A DNA stretch of 62,211 nucleotides, the filler included, from Collodictyon triciliatum (lineage: Eukaryota), in NCBI GenBank assembly GCA_043381765.1. It is 5 parts of 5 records of this genome, joined end to end, with 100 filler letters (N's around TTAATTAATTAA, not from the genome) between each part and the next. Parts side by side here need not be neighbours in the genome. Positions count along the whole stretch, not along the records: positions 1 to 9,714 come from JBHJMP010000460.1; positions 9,815 to 15,739 come from JBHJMP010000461.1; 3 more parts are not named here. The stretch is one strand, 5' to 3'. Shown here piece by piece: positions 1 through 13,216 of the stretch; the first letter of the stretch is position 1, and each line of letters begins with the position of its first letter. Below the pieces are notes generated by a model. It saw nothing but the letters and a program-made list of their open reading frames with translations. It was not told the DNA's origin and ran no database searches. The position numbers and the translations under genes were made by a program.

Positions 1-35
1 AAAAAAAAAAAAAATTAAAAAAAAAAAAAAAAAAT

Positions 36-68
<33 letters not shown>

Positions 69-146
69 GAAAATTATCATAAGAATTTTCATTCGGCCAA
101 TCATATTTTTAAGATGCAAACATTATTATTATTTAAAAATTGTAAG

Positions 147-1594
147 GAAAGGGTGATCCATGGATGAGTAAAGAGTTTAGAAAAAGGCTCGTAGGAAATG
201 AAGTGGCAGGTTGTCTCACTTTCCTAAACAATTCTAATCCAGTTGTATCCAGAAGTCTATGCCTGTAATTTTTAAAGCCCTTTGTGACGAGATATACATT
301 TATTTAAGATATTACCAATTGAACATATTTTTTTTTATTAAATTGGAATAGAGCCTATTGAACCTGAAGGGCTTTTTTCTTCAATTATTGAGTTTCAAGT
401 AAAATTATACCTCAATAATAAGGCTATCGTAGACCCACATCACTGGATGACATGTAATTTGCCTTTATGAACATGAGTTTTTTTTTTTTTTAGTTTATTG
501 AGTTTTATGTATAAACAAAATGGAAAAGAGCAATCATGTGATTGTCCTATATTATCTTAGTTGAAATAATTTTGGTGATATACTTATATTGCAAACGACC
601 AAAATTCTAGCATGGTGGTCTTGGCCAGTCCTTGTCCGTGGTCTAGCTTTTTGGGGAGGGCGAGAGCCTACTGACCCTCAGAACACTAGAAGGTCAATTT
701 ACTTATTAGGTATGTAAAAAACAACACAATTCAATAACAATTCAATAACAATCCAATAACAATCCACCTAAAGCGCCAAACTCAATGTTAATGTTTTTGT
801 TGATTTGTGTTAATCATGAAAAGTCTGGTGAATGGTTGCTACATTTTGCTCGACAGGAAATCCTCTCGTGTGGTGGAGTGCGACGTTGGCCATAGTTTTT
901 TACATTTGTTTTATTTTCTATATTCCCTATAGGTAATAGTGCATACTTTTCTCTTTTAAATCTACATGCAATCACATGTCTCAAATGCATTTTTTTTATC
1001 CTTCTTTCTTCGATCTCCAACCACCGAATTTTGCTTTACCTTTACTACAAAGTGATTCACCTTCCCTTCTTATACATAGAAAATCACCGATGAACTATCA
1101 TGAAAAAAGATATATCAAAATTGGCGCTCTTCTCGTTGGAGGCTACATGTTCAATTGGCTACCATTCATCTTAATAGCACGTGTCACATTTCTGTACCAT
1201 TACATGCCTTCCTTATACTTTTCGATTTTGATGGCCGGACACACGTTGGATTCATTTTTACCGCAGTAATTTCACTTCTGCTCAGCGAATATATGACCTT
1301 TTACTATCATGCTATCCAAGTTCACTTTAACTCATATATTCCAACACTGTATAGAAATTATCTTAACCGAAACAAAGTATTCATCCTTATCGGAATTGTT
1401 TACATCACAACATTCGTGTATCACTCTCCTCTTGTTTACGCTTTTCCTATGACTCAGGTTTAAAATGATACACTCCATTCATTCAAGTTAAATGCGTGTC
1501 AATAACAACCCAAAATAATCAGAATGAGCTTATTTTGTTTCAAAACGCACAGGAGCAACGAGATGCACGAAAGTGGCTTCCTTTGTGGACCTAG
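147..1594 (+). CDS. Dolichyl-phosphate-mannose:protein O-mannosyltransferase (PMT/POMT, GT39), 3' portion, multi-exon; 5' part lies outside the window
   Basis: Phase-consistent spliced exons give GDPWMSKEFRKRLVGN...EFQVKLYLNNKAIVDPHHWMTSWWSWPVLVRGLAFW...IYLLGNPLVWW...GYMFNWLPFILIARVTFLYHYMPSLYF...RKWLPLWT*. These match the PMT C-terminal 4-TM motifs. Stop TAG at 1592-1594. Confidence 0.9.
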
Positions 1595-1920
1595 GTTTTT
1601 TTCCTGGACAAGCTTTTCACCTTTCTTGTCCAAAAGAAAAAAAGAAAGACAACATTTTCCTGCTCATCAGGACACAAGCTGAATGATAAAATAAAGAAGT
1701 GAATTCAGCGCATATTAGTTTATTGTGTTGCTTCACGCTTATTTCCCTTTATGCGCACAACTAATTATATCCAATTGCGCGTAGCTATATGGTGATTTCA
1801 ACTGACGAGTATATGAGCGATGTTATGATAGAAAATAAATCTTGCAACAGTCAACATACACATAAAAAAAAAGATATTACCAACCATATATTGCCATACA
1901 CTCCACTTTATTTTTCATGC

Positions 1921-4900
1921 TCACTTTGATACGGAGAGTATTCTGAAACATCCCCGCCAGAGATAGGAAGAGCTACAAACAAAAGCAATAAGAATAAGAA
2001 ATACCGTCACATGATTAGTAGCATATAAGTAACGCAATGGCCTTTTTGAATTGATAAAAGGAAAAGAGAAAATACTTTCGATGGAGTAGTTTCGCGGAGT
2101 CTTGATTGCGTTGAAAATAAACTTTGGAACATATCTTTCGAAGGTGATTACAAAGTCTTTGATTTTCTGGCGACTAAGCGCAGTGGCCAAGGCGAATACA
2201 ACCAGATTAGAGATGGCAATCAGTATCACAAGGCTATCTCCAATTCGTTGAAGAGTTGCGACATATCCGATGAAAAAAGATAGGGTGATGGTGTATAGGC
2301 TAATCAATTCCAAGATGTTTTCTTCAGGATTTTGGAAAGGCTCATATATATGCTGCACCAATATGCTCAACTATTTGAATGAAGGAAATAAATATTTCTT
2401 GTTTGCTAAAATAAAATAAAACGGATAATTTGAATGGAAAATGATGTTGTAAAAGGGAAACTAAGTATATACAGATCTTATTGATAAAAGGGTTAAATAT
2501 ACTCAAGTCTTACTTGAAGTATGCAAAATATGATAACAGATAGCAATGAAGGGTTGGTATAGGGTATTGTTTGTATGGTGAAGGAGATCAAAAGTCTCCT
2601 TGCAAGTATAACCATTTCCCACCAGTAGTACTTCTGTTATTCGAATGATTAGCATGGCGTCTTCAAGGCGAGCAAAGGAGCGCACTGTATATATACATAT
2701 AAACAATACTTTTTTGTAGGGAAGGTAGAGGAATCCATAACGCCTTGTTTCTGCTTCATCTTTCTCTTGAAGATTGACGTTTTTGAGGATATAGTAAATT
2801 GCGATGGGCAATCCCATTATGTAAAAAACAAAAGCTATGAGCGATACAGCAAGGAGACTACTGTATTCTGCGGATGGAGTGGAACATTGAATCCACGGGA
2901 GTGTACTCAAATACCACTTATCGCTTCCCTTATCATACAAAGTGCATCCAAAGCTTCGAAAAACCTCCAGACCAACTCCGTAGTAATTTGAATGGAGAAA
3001 AAATATAGACAGAAAACATATCTAAGAGAATTTGTTTCAGTCTTCAGTATCTCATTTTAGTACTGTATCACAATTCCTTTTTTCTTTTATCATCATTTCA
3101 ATTACTACTATAATGGTGTCTAGTCGATGAGACGGAAAGTTTCTTACCTGATCGCGATACGGAATGTTTTCAGAAAGCGATGCATAAATGAATAAGAAAA
3201 CGAGAGCGACGCCAACGAGAAGCTTAAAAAGCATGAAAGAGTAGGTAGGGAACGACGTTGCGAGACATTCCTGTTTTAGAATCAAGGTGTTATAAGGTAT
3301 GCAGGATGAGGGGAAAATTCAAGATTAAGAAACCACTGATGCTTCAACAAAGAAAAAAAATGATACGTTGTATTTCAAAACTGAACGACTGATTAATGTA
3401 AATAAAATTAACAATTGAGGGAATCGATGCATTTGAAGGCGACGATGTTATATCAACTATTTGTGATAAGGCCTCTCCGAGGTCAAGTATATTTGTGGAC
3501 AATATGGACAAGGTTTGTAAATGAAACAAAACAATCTTGATTACACCTATATGAAAAATGGTCATGGATTGCGAGGAAGTATTTTTAAAATGAAATTTAT
3601 TAATTTATGATTACCAGTATCTGACGGAGGAGTGTTGATTAAATGGGAGACAAGTAGCACATAACCTATCACCATCATTACAATGACCATCACAACTAGG
3701 ACTTTATTGCACTTGACACAACGATTTCCTTGCACTTGATAATTTTCTGAACATTTAGAACAAAGTCTTTCCTAAAGAGAGAATGAAATTTAGATGTTTC
3801 AGCAATTTTTTTGGATTACATCAAGATGCAAAGAATAAACTTTGAATCGAATAAAGGAAAAAAATGCAAAGAATAGAACCAAAAATGTCACTATCTGATA
3901 TGTTTGCTGGTGGCTTCCAGTGCATATGTAAAAGAAGAAATAAATTTGATTCAGCAAACTTCATATCCATCGCTACAATAACTTTCAGCCGAGTTACTGA
4001 TATGGCATGCATCGTTGAATGGACACGTGATAATCTCTTTAATTTCATCATCTGAATCAAATGAAGGCCAGCAGTCATCCATTACAAATCCCCCAGGGCA
4101 GTTACAATCGTCTGGACAGGTTATACAATCGTTTCTTGCTCCAAAATATCCGGGAATACATCGGCAAAACTCATAAAAGTAGTAAGACGGGTCCATATCA
4201 ATTATACCGCTATTATTGAAAGCTGCGATAAGCGGGCAATTGAACTTTTGGTCCAGAGTGAACTGCTGGTATTGAGGCAAAACTTCAGCGAATGGAGGTA
4301 ATGCTTTTCCCTGCGGATAATCAGTTACCATCGAGTTATTGGTAATGTCTAACGTCTTTAACTTCGTAGCTAGAGCGTATGTATCAGGAAATGCACCAGT
4401 AAACATATTATTTGAGAAATCCATCGTGCTCATTCCTACTGGCAAATACTTTGGTAAAGACCCAGATATTTTGTTGAAACTAACATCAAAATAAAACAAA
4501 GGAATTTCTCCAAGTCCCTCGAATCTAGAAAACTGGTTATGCGACAGGTTCAAAATGATGAGTGATGTCAAATTCTCTACATTTTTGATTGAGCCTGTGA
4601 AATAATTTGAGCTGATATCTAATTTCGTTAAAAGAAGATTCTCTTCGAAAGAAGGCATATCGCCTTGAAATGAATTCGAAGCCACGTCCATAACTGTAAG
4701 AACTGGGCAATGGACAGGAGGAAAAACTCCCGTCAAGTTGTTTCCATCCATTTCTAGAACTTCCAACTTTGTCATGTTCAATAATGGCATGTTACCTGCA
4801 AACCTGTTCCCACTCAATTTGACTGTCCTTACATTTATTAAACTGTCAATCGCATCAATTGTGCCATTCATTTTATTATCTGACAGGTCAAATATGAGAA

Positions 4901-6320
4901 TGGTTGATTGCTGGAAGTTAGGTATTGTTCCTTCTAAAAAATTTCTTCCAATACTGATCTCTTCTATGAACGGATTTTCGTCGAAAGTATGCAGAGTACC
5001 TCGAAAGTTATTTTGTATGAGACCAAGTCCTCTAAGATTTGGCGAGTTTGGAAATTTTGGCAACATGTCATCTAGTTTGTTAACAGAAACATAAAGCCCA
5101 ATCAACAAGGGTGTATTATCGAAAGTGGGCAATGTTCCTTGAAGGTAGTTACCAGTGAATGAAATTGTTTTGATGAGTGGGATGTTTCTAAAATTAGGGA
5201 TTGTGCCTCCGATGATGTTGGTATCTGTGGCAAAGAAGTTCAGCAAAGGATAATCCATGTCTGCATCTGATTCATCAGTAATTCTGTTATATCGAATATT
5301 ATAAAATTCTAGGAGGGGACTCTCTATCATAGTAATAGATCCAATTAGTTTATTGCTCTCGAAACTGGCCAGCCTAATTTGAGTCGAATTGTAAAAAGAT
5401 GGTATTGTTCCTTCCAAGTAGTTTCTTGATAAAATTAAAAGGCTTAGATAACTCATATACTCAGATTCGGGTATTAAACCAGATAAATAATTTCGCTCTA
5501 GGTTTAGCACACGAATGTATGGAAGCTTGAAATTTGGTATTGTCCCAGTAATGTAATTGCTAGAAAAGTCTAAAAGTCGAAGAGTTGAAAAGAACTCAAG
5601 TGCATTTGCGACATCTGGGAGCTTTCCATGCAAATTGTTGCTATGTAGAGTGAGTGCGATAACCGCCTGACAAATGTTTTTTTTTAAAAAAAGAAAAATA
5701 CATAAGGAATTTGAAGAGATTATGTTTTCAAAACATACCGGACTTTGAAACCCTTGAAAGATACACACCACACCGAACCAGTCACAATAAGAAATAGACG
5801 TATTTCCCCAATTCGTCTGGACAAACCAATCTTCTCCACCAAGAGTCGTGTATATCATCATTAGATTTTCGTACGCGCTTGTAGTATTCTCTGTGTTATC
5901 ATTAGAATACACAGTGCTTCGTTGAATTATCATATCATCTTCATCGGGGAAGTTATTATTCCTATTGTCATTCTTTCTTTCATCCAAGTTTGTATACAAA
6001 CGAATGTCTTTGAACTCATCTAATTTACGAAAGAAAAGGATGCCAATGTAAGTTTGTGTGTCAATCATACTAATATTAATTGATAGGGCTTATTTTATTG
6101 GTTATCATAGAAGAGGGGACATAGAAAATACCTTCGAACATGTATGAAATAGCTTATATAAGTTTATTTTATGTGATAAGTTACCAAGGTTCCTTCTGCT
6201 GGGCTGAGAATCGCTTGGGCACGTTTCATAGAAGGTCTCAAGTAAAAGGCTGATGGCTTCTTCGCGAGATATGGACTCCAGTTTATCGACAGAAAGACTA
6301 CATACACTGGCTCCTTGACT

Positions 6321-6419
<99 letters not shown>

Positions 6420-6613
6420 GACTTTTTGACTTGAAGTTCATCTACCCTCTCGTGACTGTGGTATTGTAAAGAAAATAGTATATGCCCGTTTTTCTCTTTG
6501 TCTTTCTTTTTTTTTTTTAAAAAAAAAAAATAAAAAAACCTATGCCGCACAAGGGAGGCAAGAATAACCGCCAATAATAGACATGTAGCCGATTTTCTCG
6601 GTGTCCTTGGCAT
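1921..6613 (-). CDS. Leucine-rich-repeat, Cys-rich, multi-pass transmembrane receptor-like protein (multi-exon; exact 3' end uncertain, stop near 1908-1921)
   Basis: Signal-like N-terminus (MPRTPRKSATCLLLAVILASLV) and an LRR N-cap (W...CDWFGVVC). About 20 LxLxxNxLxGxIP repeats lie in exon 3960-5666, followed by Cys-rich CRCIPGYFG...CSDGYE-RLCSKC and about 8 hydrophobic segments including RRYGFLYLPYKK-YYWWEMV. The provided 705-aa ORF includes a 72-nt in-frame GT-AG intron (5667-5738). Confidence 0.85.
6322..6419. repeat. (AAT)n microsatellite in first intron of the LRR gene
   Basis: Perfect tandem AAT run. Confidence 0.97.
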
Positions 6614-6759
6614 CCTTTGCTGCTCTCTTCTACGTGTTCTTTCTTATTTAGCAAAATGATCAGTAGGAGACGCGAAAGAAGTATACGAGAAGTATCAAAA
6701 AAGTGGGCCAGAAAATACAAGGACAAAAGAACTATTCCACCCAGGACAATGCAAAAGAA

Positions 6760-6796
<37 letters not shown>

Positions 6797-6872
6797 GTTT
6801 TTGTTTATTTAGCTTGAGAAACGTCCCAACGAGAAAATTAGTTTGGGAATGGCGTTATCGTCTTTCCTTCGA

Positions 6873-7293
6873 TCATTGCGGTTCGGTAGGGAAGGTGAGG
6901 GTTCCGCTCGAGTGACTCGTTTCAAAAACATCATTGAAGTTTCCGTATACTTGCTTAAAATTGTCCACAAGCTCATCAAGGTTGCAAATCCTGTGCAATA
7001 AAAATAAAGAGAAGAATAAAATAAACAAAGAATGAGTGTACGTCCCCAGCTTCCGGAACTTCACAGAAAGGCTGCTTAAAAACTAAAGCCCTTTATCTCA
7101 CTCGGCTATTGCTTGAAAGGGATAACATCATAGCGTCTTTTTCTTTTCTTTTGCTGACTATGAAATAATTATGTCACATTTGAGGGAATTCATCCAAAGC
7201 CCGCGATAGCGCTTCTAAATGAAATTCGAGCCTTTCCATCAGAAACCTAGACAATCGAAAATACGGAGCAAAAAAACAAAACAAATAACAACG

Positions 7294-7351
<58 letters not shown>

Positions 7352-7592
7352 GTTTCATAATAAACAAAGTTTTAGTTTTTCTCTTTTAGATAAATGGTAT
7401 AATTATTTTTTTAAAAATAAATAAAATTATGAAAACATTATGCCAATTTACGTGTTCAGTTGACGAGTAGAGTCTGCGCAGTAGAAACATTCCGCATATG
7501 CATGTGATAATCTGACGCGAGCCTGAACAATTAAGAAGCTTAATACTACCACTCACGCGATGTATATACCAAAGAAAAGGTTGCTATACATA

Positions 7593-7654
<62 letters not shown>

Positions 7655-7760
7655 NNNNNNNNNNNNNNNNNNNNNNNNNNNNNNNNNNNNNNNNNNNNNN
7701 NNNNNNNNNNNNNNNNNNNNNNNNNNNNNNNNNNNNNNNNNNNNNNNNNNNNNNAAAAAA

Positions 7761-7828
<68 letters not shown>

Positions 7829-9455
7829 AAAAAAAGAAAAAAAAAGAAAAAAAGAAAAAAAGGCGTGTGACATAATATTCTTATATGAATATATTTGGAA
7901 ACATTATACTTGAAGAACTAGACGAGATATCTCAACCAATGGCTTCAATTCTTTTTTTTTTTTTTTTATTAATTTAAAATTGCAAAATGAGTACCAGATT
8001 ATAAATAGTTCTAAAAAACCAAGAGGAAAATCAATTGTATGACAAATAAAAAAAAAGCCTATAAATAAAAAAAAATAAATGAAAATCCAAGCAAACCTTC
8101 ATCCTGAGAGGAACATGATACAAATTTTTCAAGCAATTTCGAAGTAATCTCTCCGTTGATTGCGTGAGCGAAATATCGCAATTGGTGATGAGACAACCTT
8201 ATCAATATGTCGGAATAATTTAAGTATAAATATAAATTTGATAAACATATACAAAAAGAGAATGACATCCAAAATTAAAAAAAGCAATCGAGTGACGTTT
8301 TCAATTATGATACATGTAATTTGTTTGGTACACTACTTCATATGATGTCCTATTGGCTTCTTGTGAAGACCAAGTCGAATCATTTCCCTCTAATATAAAG
8401 ATTTTATTTACCACCAAAACTTTTAGGCAGGAAATCATGATAGACTAAAACTAAAACTAAAACTAAAACTAAAACTAAAAAGAAAAAGAAAAAGAAAAAG
8501 AAAAAGAAAAAGAAAAAGAAAAAGAAAAAGAAAAAGAAAAAGAAAAAGAAAAAGAAAAAGAAAAAGAAAAAGAACATGAAATACACAAGAGGTAAAGTTT
8601 ACAGTCGATAAATTAAGATGATTTTATCCGTAAAATGTACCTCAAAACTGGAACAAGAGTGATGAGCCGATGTAGGCCCCATACAAACCCAGCAAAATTC
8701 TGAAGAGCTGAATTAATCAACAATAAATAAATGAGAATAGACATCCAATCAGCTTCTACATGGAAATCAACAAAAGACCGAAATGAAAAAGGAGGGGATA
8801 TGAAATAACAGAACGGAAATAGTTCCTCAAAAGAGAAAGGAAAATATTAAACTACCATGTTTTGCACTTGACCCAATTAGCGCTCTTTTAAGTAATATCG
8901 ACAAATTATTCCAGTTTTCAAAAAAAAAAATAATTTTTTTTTTAATGAGCGGATTCACCAATTTCACCTAAATTGAAGTTGTACTCAACATATTGATACA
9001 TTGTGGAACTAACCTTCTCTTTTTCCTGCACAAAGCTGCATCTAACGCAATGTCGGTTCCTTAATTGAGCGTAAGTAGTTAAGAAAGCAAAGATAGTACA
9101 ATCAAGGAAATAAAAATTGTCTTTACAGAACGGAATCTTTGGATTCGTAAAAGGATATTCTAATGCTATCTTGATGAACTAGTGTGCTCTCAGTCCATTT
9201 AGAAAATGTATCGCACGACATCGGCCAGTGTCCAGGACTTACTTTGCAGATCAAACTAAAATATATTAATGCGCCACCCAATCACCACGAGAAATAATGA
9301 ATGTAGCAAAATTCCATAATAACGTCATGATGATTGCAAAACAAAAAATTATATCTTCGATAAAACATGCTTACCACCCGTGATATCCACATTCACAATC
9401 AAAATCACTTAGTTCAGATGCGATTACAAATCGAGTGCATTTTGAATTAGGACAT
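6873..9455 (-). CDS. Ariadne-type RBR (IBR-RING2-Ariadne) E3 ubiquitin ligase-like protein, 5'-truncated at contig join; catalytic residues substituted
   Basis: Small spliced exons give the IBR (CPNSKC...CECGYHGCLICKVSPGHWPMSCDTFSKW), RING2 (CVRCSFVQEKEKSANWVKCKTCSSEFCWVCMGPTSAHHSC) and Ariadne domain (LVLQARVRLSHAYAECFY...FLMERLEFHLEALSRALDE). Confidence 0.85.
7594..7860. repeat. (AAC)n and A-rich tract flanking a 100-N gap (7655-7754), intronic
   Basis: Tandem AAC, then poly-A/AG after the gap. Confidence 0.95.
8444..8573. repeat. (ACTAAA)n-(AAAAAG)n compound microsatellite, intronic
   Basis: Tandem hexamers. Confidence 0.95.
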
Positions 9456-9587
9456 CTATGTCCATGTGTAAAAGAAAAAAATAAGATAAATTGTGAATAA
9501 ATCTTATGTTACACGATACATTTAACTCACAAATAAATTTTGAAAATGAAGCGTTCATTCAATGCAACTATAAATCATTTCTCTTAC

Positions 9588-9714
9588 AAGAATGAGAATA
9601 ATAAGAATGAGAATAATAAGAATGAGAATAATAAGAATGAGAATAATAAGAATGAGAATAATAAGAATGAGAATAATAAGAATGAGAATAATAAGAATGA
9701 GAATAATAAGAATG
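9588..9714. repeat. (AAGAATGAGAATAAT)n 15-mer minisatellite at contig end
   Basis: About 8 perfect copies running into the N gap. Confidence 0.95.
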
Positions 9715-9814
9715 NNNNNNNNNNNNNNNNNNNNNNNNNNNNNNNNNNNNNNNNNNNNTTAATTAATTAANNNNNNNNNNNNNNNNNNNNNNNNNNNNNN
9801 NNNNNNNNNNNNNN
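9715..9814. other. Artificial contig spacer N44-TTAATTAATTAA-N44
   Basis: Six-frame stop linker at 9759-9770 within Ns; genes on both sides are truncated. Confidence 0.95.
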
Positions 9815-9996
9815 AGAAAGAGAAAGAGAAAGAGAAAGAGAAAGAGAAAGAGAAAGAGAAAGAGAAAGAGAAAGAGAAAAAGAAAAAGAAAAAGAAAGAG
9901 AAAGAGAAAGAGAAAAAGAAAAAGAAAAAGAAAGAGAAAGAGAAAGAGAAAGAGAACAGGAATCAACAAAATCTTTTATTTTAGTCATCCCCTCAC

Positions 9997-12900
9997 GTTG
10001 ACGTAATCCTTGAGAACATAGCGAGCGGAACGAGATTCATCTGGCATACCATGCACAGTCATAAAGCCGCGGAGTTCTGCGCAAAAGTGATTATGATTGT
10101 GCGAGGTAATGGATAAAAGCTATCTTTAGAGTGACAATAAGCACCAAAGATTCCATTTAAACAATAAATTCAAAGCTCTAGATGATTTATGGAGCATACT
10201 AGCATGAGAACAAAGAAGCTCTGATCCGGTGGGTGGCCTGCTCGGGTCCTCGTCAAGACTTGGTAAGGGAAGAACTATACCGTATGTCTGCTCCAAAACG
10301 CGGCGAGGTATACGTTTAGTGACCTATACATGGATATCCATGTTAATGGAAGAGCATTTTGTTATTAGTACAGTGGTTATCATCATCTTGTGAACAATTG
10401 ATGCGTTACTAATTCACAAGGAGCCCGGTAATCTCTAAGCTGATCGATGGGAAGAATTCCGTTGCACACGAGGTCAGCCTTAGAATTAAACGAAAATTAT
10501 TCCCGAATTCCATCATTCAGAGATACGCCCAACAATTGTAAGGTGCAACAACGATAACAACAAAACCTTTGATGTAGTGAACGAAGGGAACACCAAGCCA
10601 GGGCAATCGCAAAGTGTCATACCATTCTCGAGAATAAGGGTCTGCGAATGTGCAGCATGAAAAAGAAAAGTCAGTAAATATAAATAAAAAGTAGTTTATG
10701 GTTGTCCTCTTCATTTTATTTTTTTTTTAAAAAAAAAGGTTAAGAGAGAACCTGAAAGTGTTTCGTTTTGCCAGGTGTCGCAGCGACGGCCACCTTTCGA
10801 CTTTTAAAGAGCGCGTTAATAGTGGAGCTCTTACCGACATTAGGGTAACCTACCATCCCGACAGTACCGGGTTTACCTGATGCATTTCATACGATCAAAT
10901 CAAATCTTTCAGCCACATTGATGGAATTAGAATAAAAACAAAGACACATCGATGTATGAAAAATGTGCATATTATTTAATAATGATTAGATTAAAATGAG
11001 GAACCCTCTTCAGCCACTTTTTTGGCAAGTGCATTAAGTTCTTCCAGCAATTCAGCACGGTTGTGGATATGTGCAAGATAATCATCCTCATCACGTAAGC
11101 GTGCGTCTGGAGTAAATCTAAGCATGGATGGGTCTATGGGATCTGTTTGTTTTCCACTCCAAAAGTCAGACAAGATATATTATAAAATAGTAAGTTATCT
11201 GCACAATCTCCTCTAACAAGGCTTATTCAGCATATAAGATTGCGATGTTGATCGCGAAACAAAACCTTCTACAAAGTCTTCCTCCTTGGAAGATTTGTCT
11301 AATTTTTCTTGCTCTGAAAAGGCTGAGAAGAAAATGTGGCGCACAGCCATTCTTCCAAAGTAACGGCACCATAAAATTCTATTGATGGGTTCCAATTACA
11401 TGAATCCTATAGCTTCCTCATGAAAAATCAATATGTGTACATTTATTAGGTTGCATAATTTATTTGCACCAACCTGAAACTTCTTGGTAACAAATCTGCC
11501 TTGTTGATGACCAAGAGATTTATCTTGTTAGGATCAATCTCCCTATTCGTTTCATGGGAATTATAAAAACAAAAAAAAAAAAAAAAAACATATTAGCAAA
11601 AAGCCATCATCATTGTATCACTCTGTTCTTTGTTAGGAAAGGGTACGTCATATTAATTGAGCAAGTACTTCACATATGACTCCAAGTCTGAAGACCTAAA
11701 GAGAAGGGGGTTTCTGGCATCTACAATCTGGACGACGACATCACTCCGTTCGACGACGCGCCAAAGTTGTCTCCATATTTCTAGATTTTTCTCAAAAGGA
11801 GTTATAGTGGCATTCTCCTCTTGTTCGATCCTGTGCTCAAGTGAGGTAATGTAAGGACGAGACGAGCAATCCGCCACAAGATGTAATTTGTAAACCATGT
11901 CTTTGCTAGTATTTTATATTGATATAAACCTGGCCAGGTTTCGTCTCCACTCCATGAATATCTCACGCTCGTTCTGGTCCACTTTCTCAGCGGACATCGT
12001 ATCATCCCATGGAGGCCTTTTCCATGTATCAAATGTGTTGTTGTTGGGGGGGGGGGGGGGGGGGGGGGCTGGTTCTTTTTTTTTTTTTTTTTTCCCTTAC
12101 AAATTTTTTTTTTTTTTTTTCTGTAAATTTTTTTTTTTTTTTTTTGCCCCCGTAAAANNNNNNNNNNNNNNNNNNNNNNNNNNNNNNNNNNNNNNNNNNN
12201 NNNNNNNNNNNNNNNNNNNNNNNNNNNNNNNNNNNNNNNNNNNNNNNNNNNNNNNNNTTGTCTCGCGTGCGTTGGGGAGTAGGAGGGAGTTGGGAGGGGT
12301 GGGGCTGTGGGGTGTGTGGGGGGGGGTGGGGGGGGGGGGGGGGGGGGTTTCTCTTTGCTTATGCTTCAAAAATATTGGCACACAAAATAATTACGATAAT
12401 ATAGTAACAAATATAAGAGACAATACCTTCTTGGAATAACCATAAAGCTCTGGTGCTGTTGCATGATTTCATATTGCCTTTCTGGGTTCTCAGCAGGCAA
12501 TGGAAGGGCTTTGGTCAGCCAGAGTTATACTCGGGTTTAGAACATGACACTCACACTTTCGCATGAATATGGAAAATAAAAACATAAAAAAATGGGAGAT
12601 TAAAGGAGCAACGATTTTTGTTTTTTTTGTTTTTGTCCCATATTCGTATTGGCCATGGATCGCTACGAAAAGACCAGCGCATACCTCGTGAAGTTTCGTC
12701 TCCAATCACAAGAATGTTTTCCTTTTCAGCCACGAACTGAGTCTCAGCCAAGATTGCCTGGTCCAAAAACTCTTGAAGATCACTGCACTCAGTAATAGAA
12801 TAAACCTTGCGACTCGTGTCCTCAATGTCGGTTGTATGAAGCTGTTTTATGTGATGCAAATAAAGAAAAGCTTGAGAACAACTCAGCGTTTTCATGTAAC

Positions 12901-13071
12901 AATATACTTTCTTGGATAAGCCAATAAAGATATATACATGTGGACATGTAGTATGAAAGAACTCACGTTCTGCAGTGTTGCTTCGCCACCAACAAGAGTG
13001 TTTCTGGAGAAGTGTCGATCCTTGATGAGCGCCCGTCCGAGTGTGCTCCCACTTTTCCCTTTTCTTCCCAT
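9997..13071 (-). CDS. LSG1: Large subunit GTPase 1 (60S export GTPase), 3'-truncated at contig join
   Basis: [23 protein letters not shown]...[104 protein letters not shown]. Confidence 0.95.
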
Positions 13072-13128
13072 ATTGACCTTTCGCTTTTATTCGCTCTTGT
13101 TCTAACAAGAATCCTCTATGAATACGTA

Positions 13129-13216
<88 letters not shown>

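Noticed and set aside
11544-11666. Possible C/D snoRNA in an LSG1 intron (ATGATGA box on minus strand near 11607-11613)
   Set aside because: No downstream CTGA D box or terminal stem was found within the intron.
12034-12350. G-run-rich stretch as a G-quadruplex element or Pro-rich exon in LSG1
   Set aside because: It flanks an N gap and looks like low-quality read ends. The LSG1 exons either side splice sensibly without it (VIPR|RPPWDD).
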